From a virus, in IMG/VR virus record IMGVR_UViG_3300020041_000182, positions 1-5,063 of that record: a stretch of 5,063 bases of DNA. One strand, 5' to 3'. This document shows positions 4,315 through 5,063 of the stretch, piece after piece (position 1 is the first letter of the stretch; every line of letters begins with the position of its first letter). The notes under the pieces are model-generated. The model searched no databases. It was not told where the DNA came from and was given only the letters and a program-made list of their open reading frames with translations. Made by a program: the position numbers and the translations under genes.

Positions 4315-5063
4315 ATGTCAACTTACGTTATTCGTTTGGACTATGCAACATTTGCGTTTCTGCGCGATTCTGTCAACCTTGGAAAAATTCAGCAGTGCCT
4401 TTCCGGTGGTGCTGACCTTGGATTCCGTCAGTTCGGCAACTCGATAAACTCCCCTCTTCAATCCCCCTATGGATTGTATTATAAGCCTGAATCCGGTTCA
4501 ACCGAGAATCCGCATATTTTACAGGTTTCCGGCGTTGGCTGTGAGCATTTCCGCGAAACTCTGCCTTGTTTAGCCAAGGTCATGCGCGACGCTGGAGAAC
4601 AGGCTCATTTTCGCCGTATTGACCTTTGTTTCGATGTGATTATGAAACGCTCCGCATGGCGCTCTTATCTTGCTAAGTGTTTCGCTTATTCCATGGAAAA
4701 TCAACGTCAGCGTAAGAAGTTTCTGTTGCAAGGTTCCGGCGAGGCTATGACCGTTTATATTGGCTCTCGTAATAGTCCTCGATATTTTCGTGTTTATAAC
4801 AAGTCTTTACAGTGTCCCTCTTATGAGTTCGTTTCTCCGGACGGCACTATTTCTCCTGTTGCGGATGACGAATGCGTCATTCGTTATGAGATTGAATCCT
4901 CTTGGAAAAGTCGCTGGTTGCGTGGTCAAAAGGCTTATTCAGACCCTACACCGCTTTTTGACTGGTATTACTCTGATTCCGAGTTCCTTTCACGATATGT
5001 CCGTGATTCTTGGTTGTCTTTCGGCTCGGATGTTATGCTTCCTGATGACTTTGAAAATGCCGA
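4315..5063 (+). CDS. Rolling-circle replication initiation protein (Rep_trans-like), N-terminal part; continues at 1..515 on the circle for about 380 aa in total
   Basis: ATG at 4315 lies 8 nt downstream of the SD AAAGGGGAG (4298..4306). The frame is open to the window end. Three motifs fit the Rep_trans (PF02486-type) initiators as I remember them: RIDLCFD (4615..4635), YIGSRNSPRYFRVYNK (4756..4803), and a downstream IRYEIE. Confidence 0.8.
   Translation, partial: MSTYVIRLDYATFAFLRDSVNLGKIQQCLSGGADLGFRQFGNSINSPLQSPYGLYYKPESGSTENPHILQVSGVGCEHFRETLPCLAKVMRDAGEQAHFRRIDLCFDVIMKRSAWRSYLAKCFAYSMENQRQRKKFLLQGSGEAMTVYIGSRNSPRYFRVYNKSLQCPSYEFVSPDGTISPVADDECVIRYEIESSWKSRWLRGQKAYSDPTPLFDWYYSDSEFLSRYVRDSWLSFGSDVMLPDDFENA
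4943..5063. repeat. Terminal direct repeat, right copy; identical to 1..121
   Basis: Same comparison as the left copy. The window ends mid-codon within the Rep ORF. Confidence 0.95.

Larger units (their letters stand above)
1..4942 (+). mobile_element. Complete circular inovirus-like (filamentous ssDNA phage-like) genome, unit length 4,942 bp
   Basis: There is an exact 121-bp terminal overlap, and the Rep ORF is continuous across the junction. All genes are co-oriented. The module order is Rep, then ssb-like, then coat-like ORFs, then Zot-like. Small hydrophobic ORFs have overlapping start and stop codons. Confidence 0.75.

Noticed and set aside
1-5063. The 121-bp identical ends as biological terminal repeats (LTR/ITR, att duplication or transposon ends)
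   Set aside because: The repeats are direct and lie inside a coding frame that reads continuously from 4315 through the junction to 515. That is what a circular genome assembled with overlap looks like. There is no flanking host sequence or inverted orientation.
1-5063. CRISPR arrays, IS elements, integrase, XerCD/dif-like site, toxin-antitoxin or defence genes
   Set aside because: I saw no repeat-spacer periodicity, transposase-like or recombinase-like ORF, or dif-like 28-mer. All coding capacity is accounted for by the phage-like genes listed.

Overview
The window is one circular replicon of 4,942 bp, linearised with a 121-bp overlap. Positions 1..121 are identical to 4943..5063, and one ORF reads straight through that junction. 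All credible genes are on the + strand. The gene set looks like a very small filamentous (inovirus-like) ssDNA phage: a Rep_trans-type rolling-circle initiator (4315..5063, continuing at 1..515), an 80-aa gene-V-like ssDNA-binding protein, a pIII-like secreted and C-terminally anchored protein, four 37-55 aa hydrophobic coat-like ORFs, a 209-aa tail-anchored protein, and a Zot/pI-like P-loop assembly ATPase. A GC-rich hairpin-dense non-coding region (4047..4314) carries a sigma70-like promoter. I found no integrase, secretin or repressor. The main oddities are four. First, a full cloverleaf tRNA-Gln(CUG) lies between the ssb-like and pIII-like genes. Second, the Zot-like ATPase is short and has its membrane anchor at the N terminus. 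Third, a coat-like ORF shows coding signal that starts upstream of any usable start codon, directly after ATG-AAA-GGA-TGA-TGA in the same frame. Fourth, there are two long hairpins or palindromes of the kind ssDNA phages use as origins or packaging signals. Every homology statement comes from motifs I recognised by eye; no searches were run.
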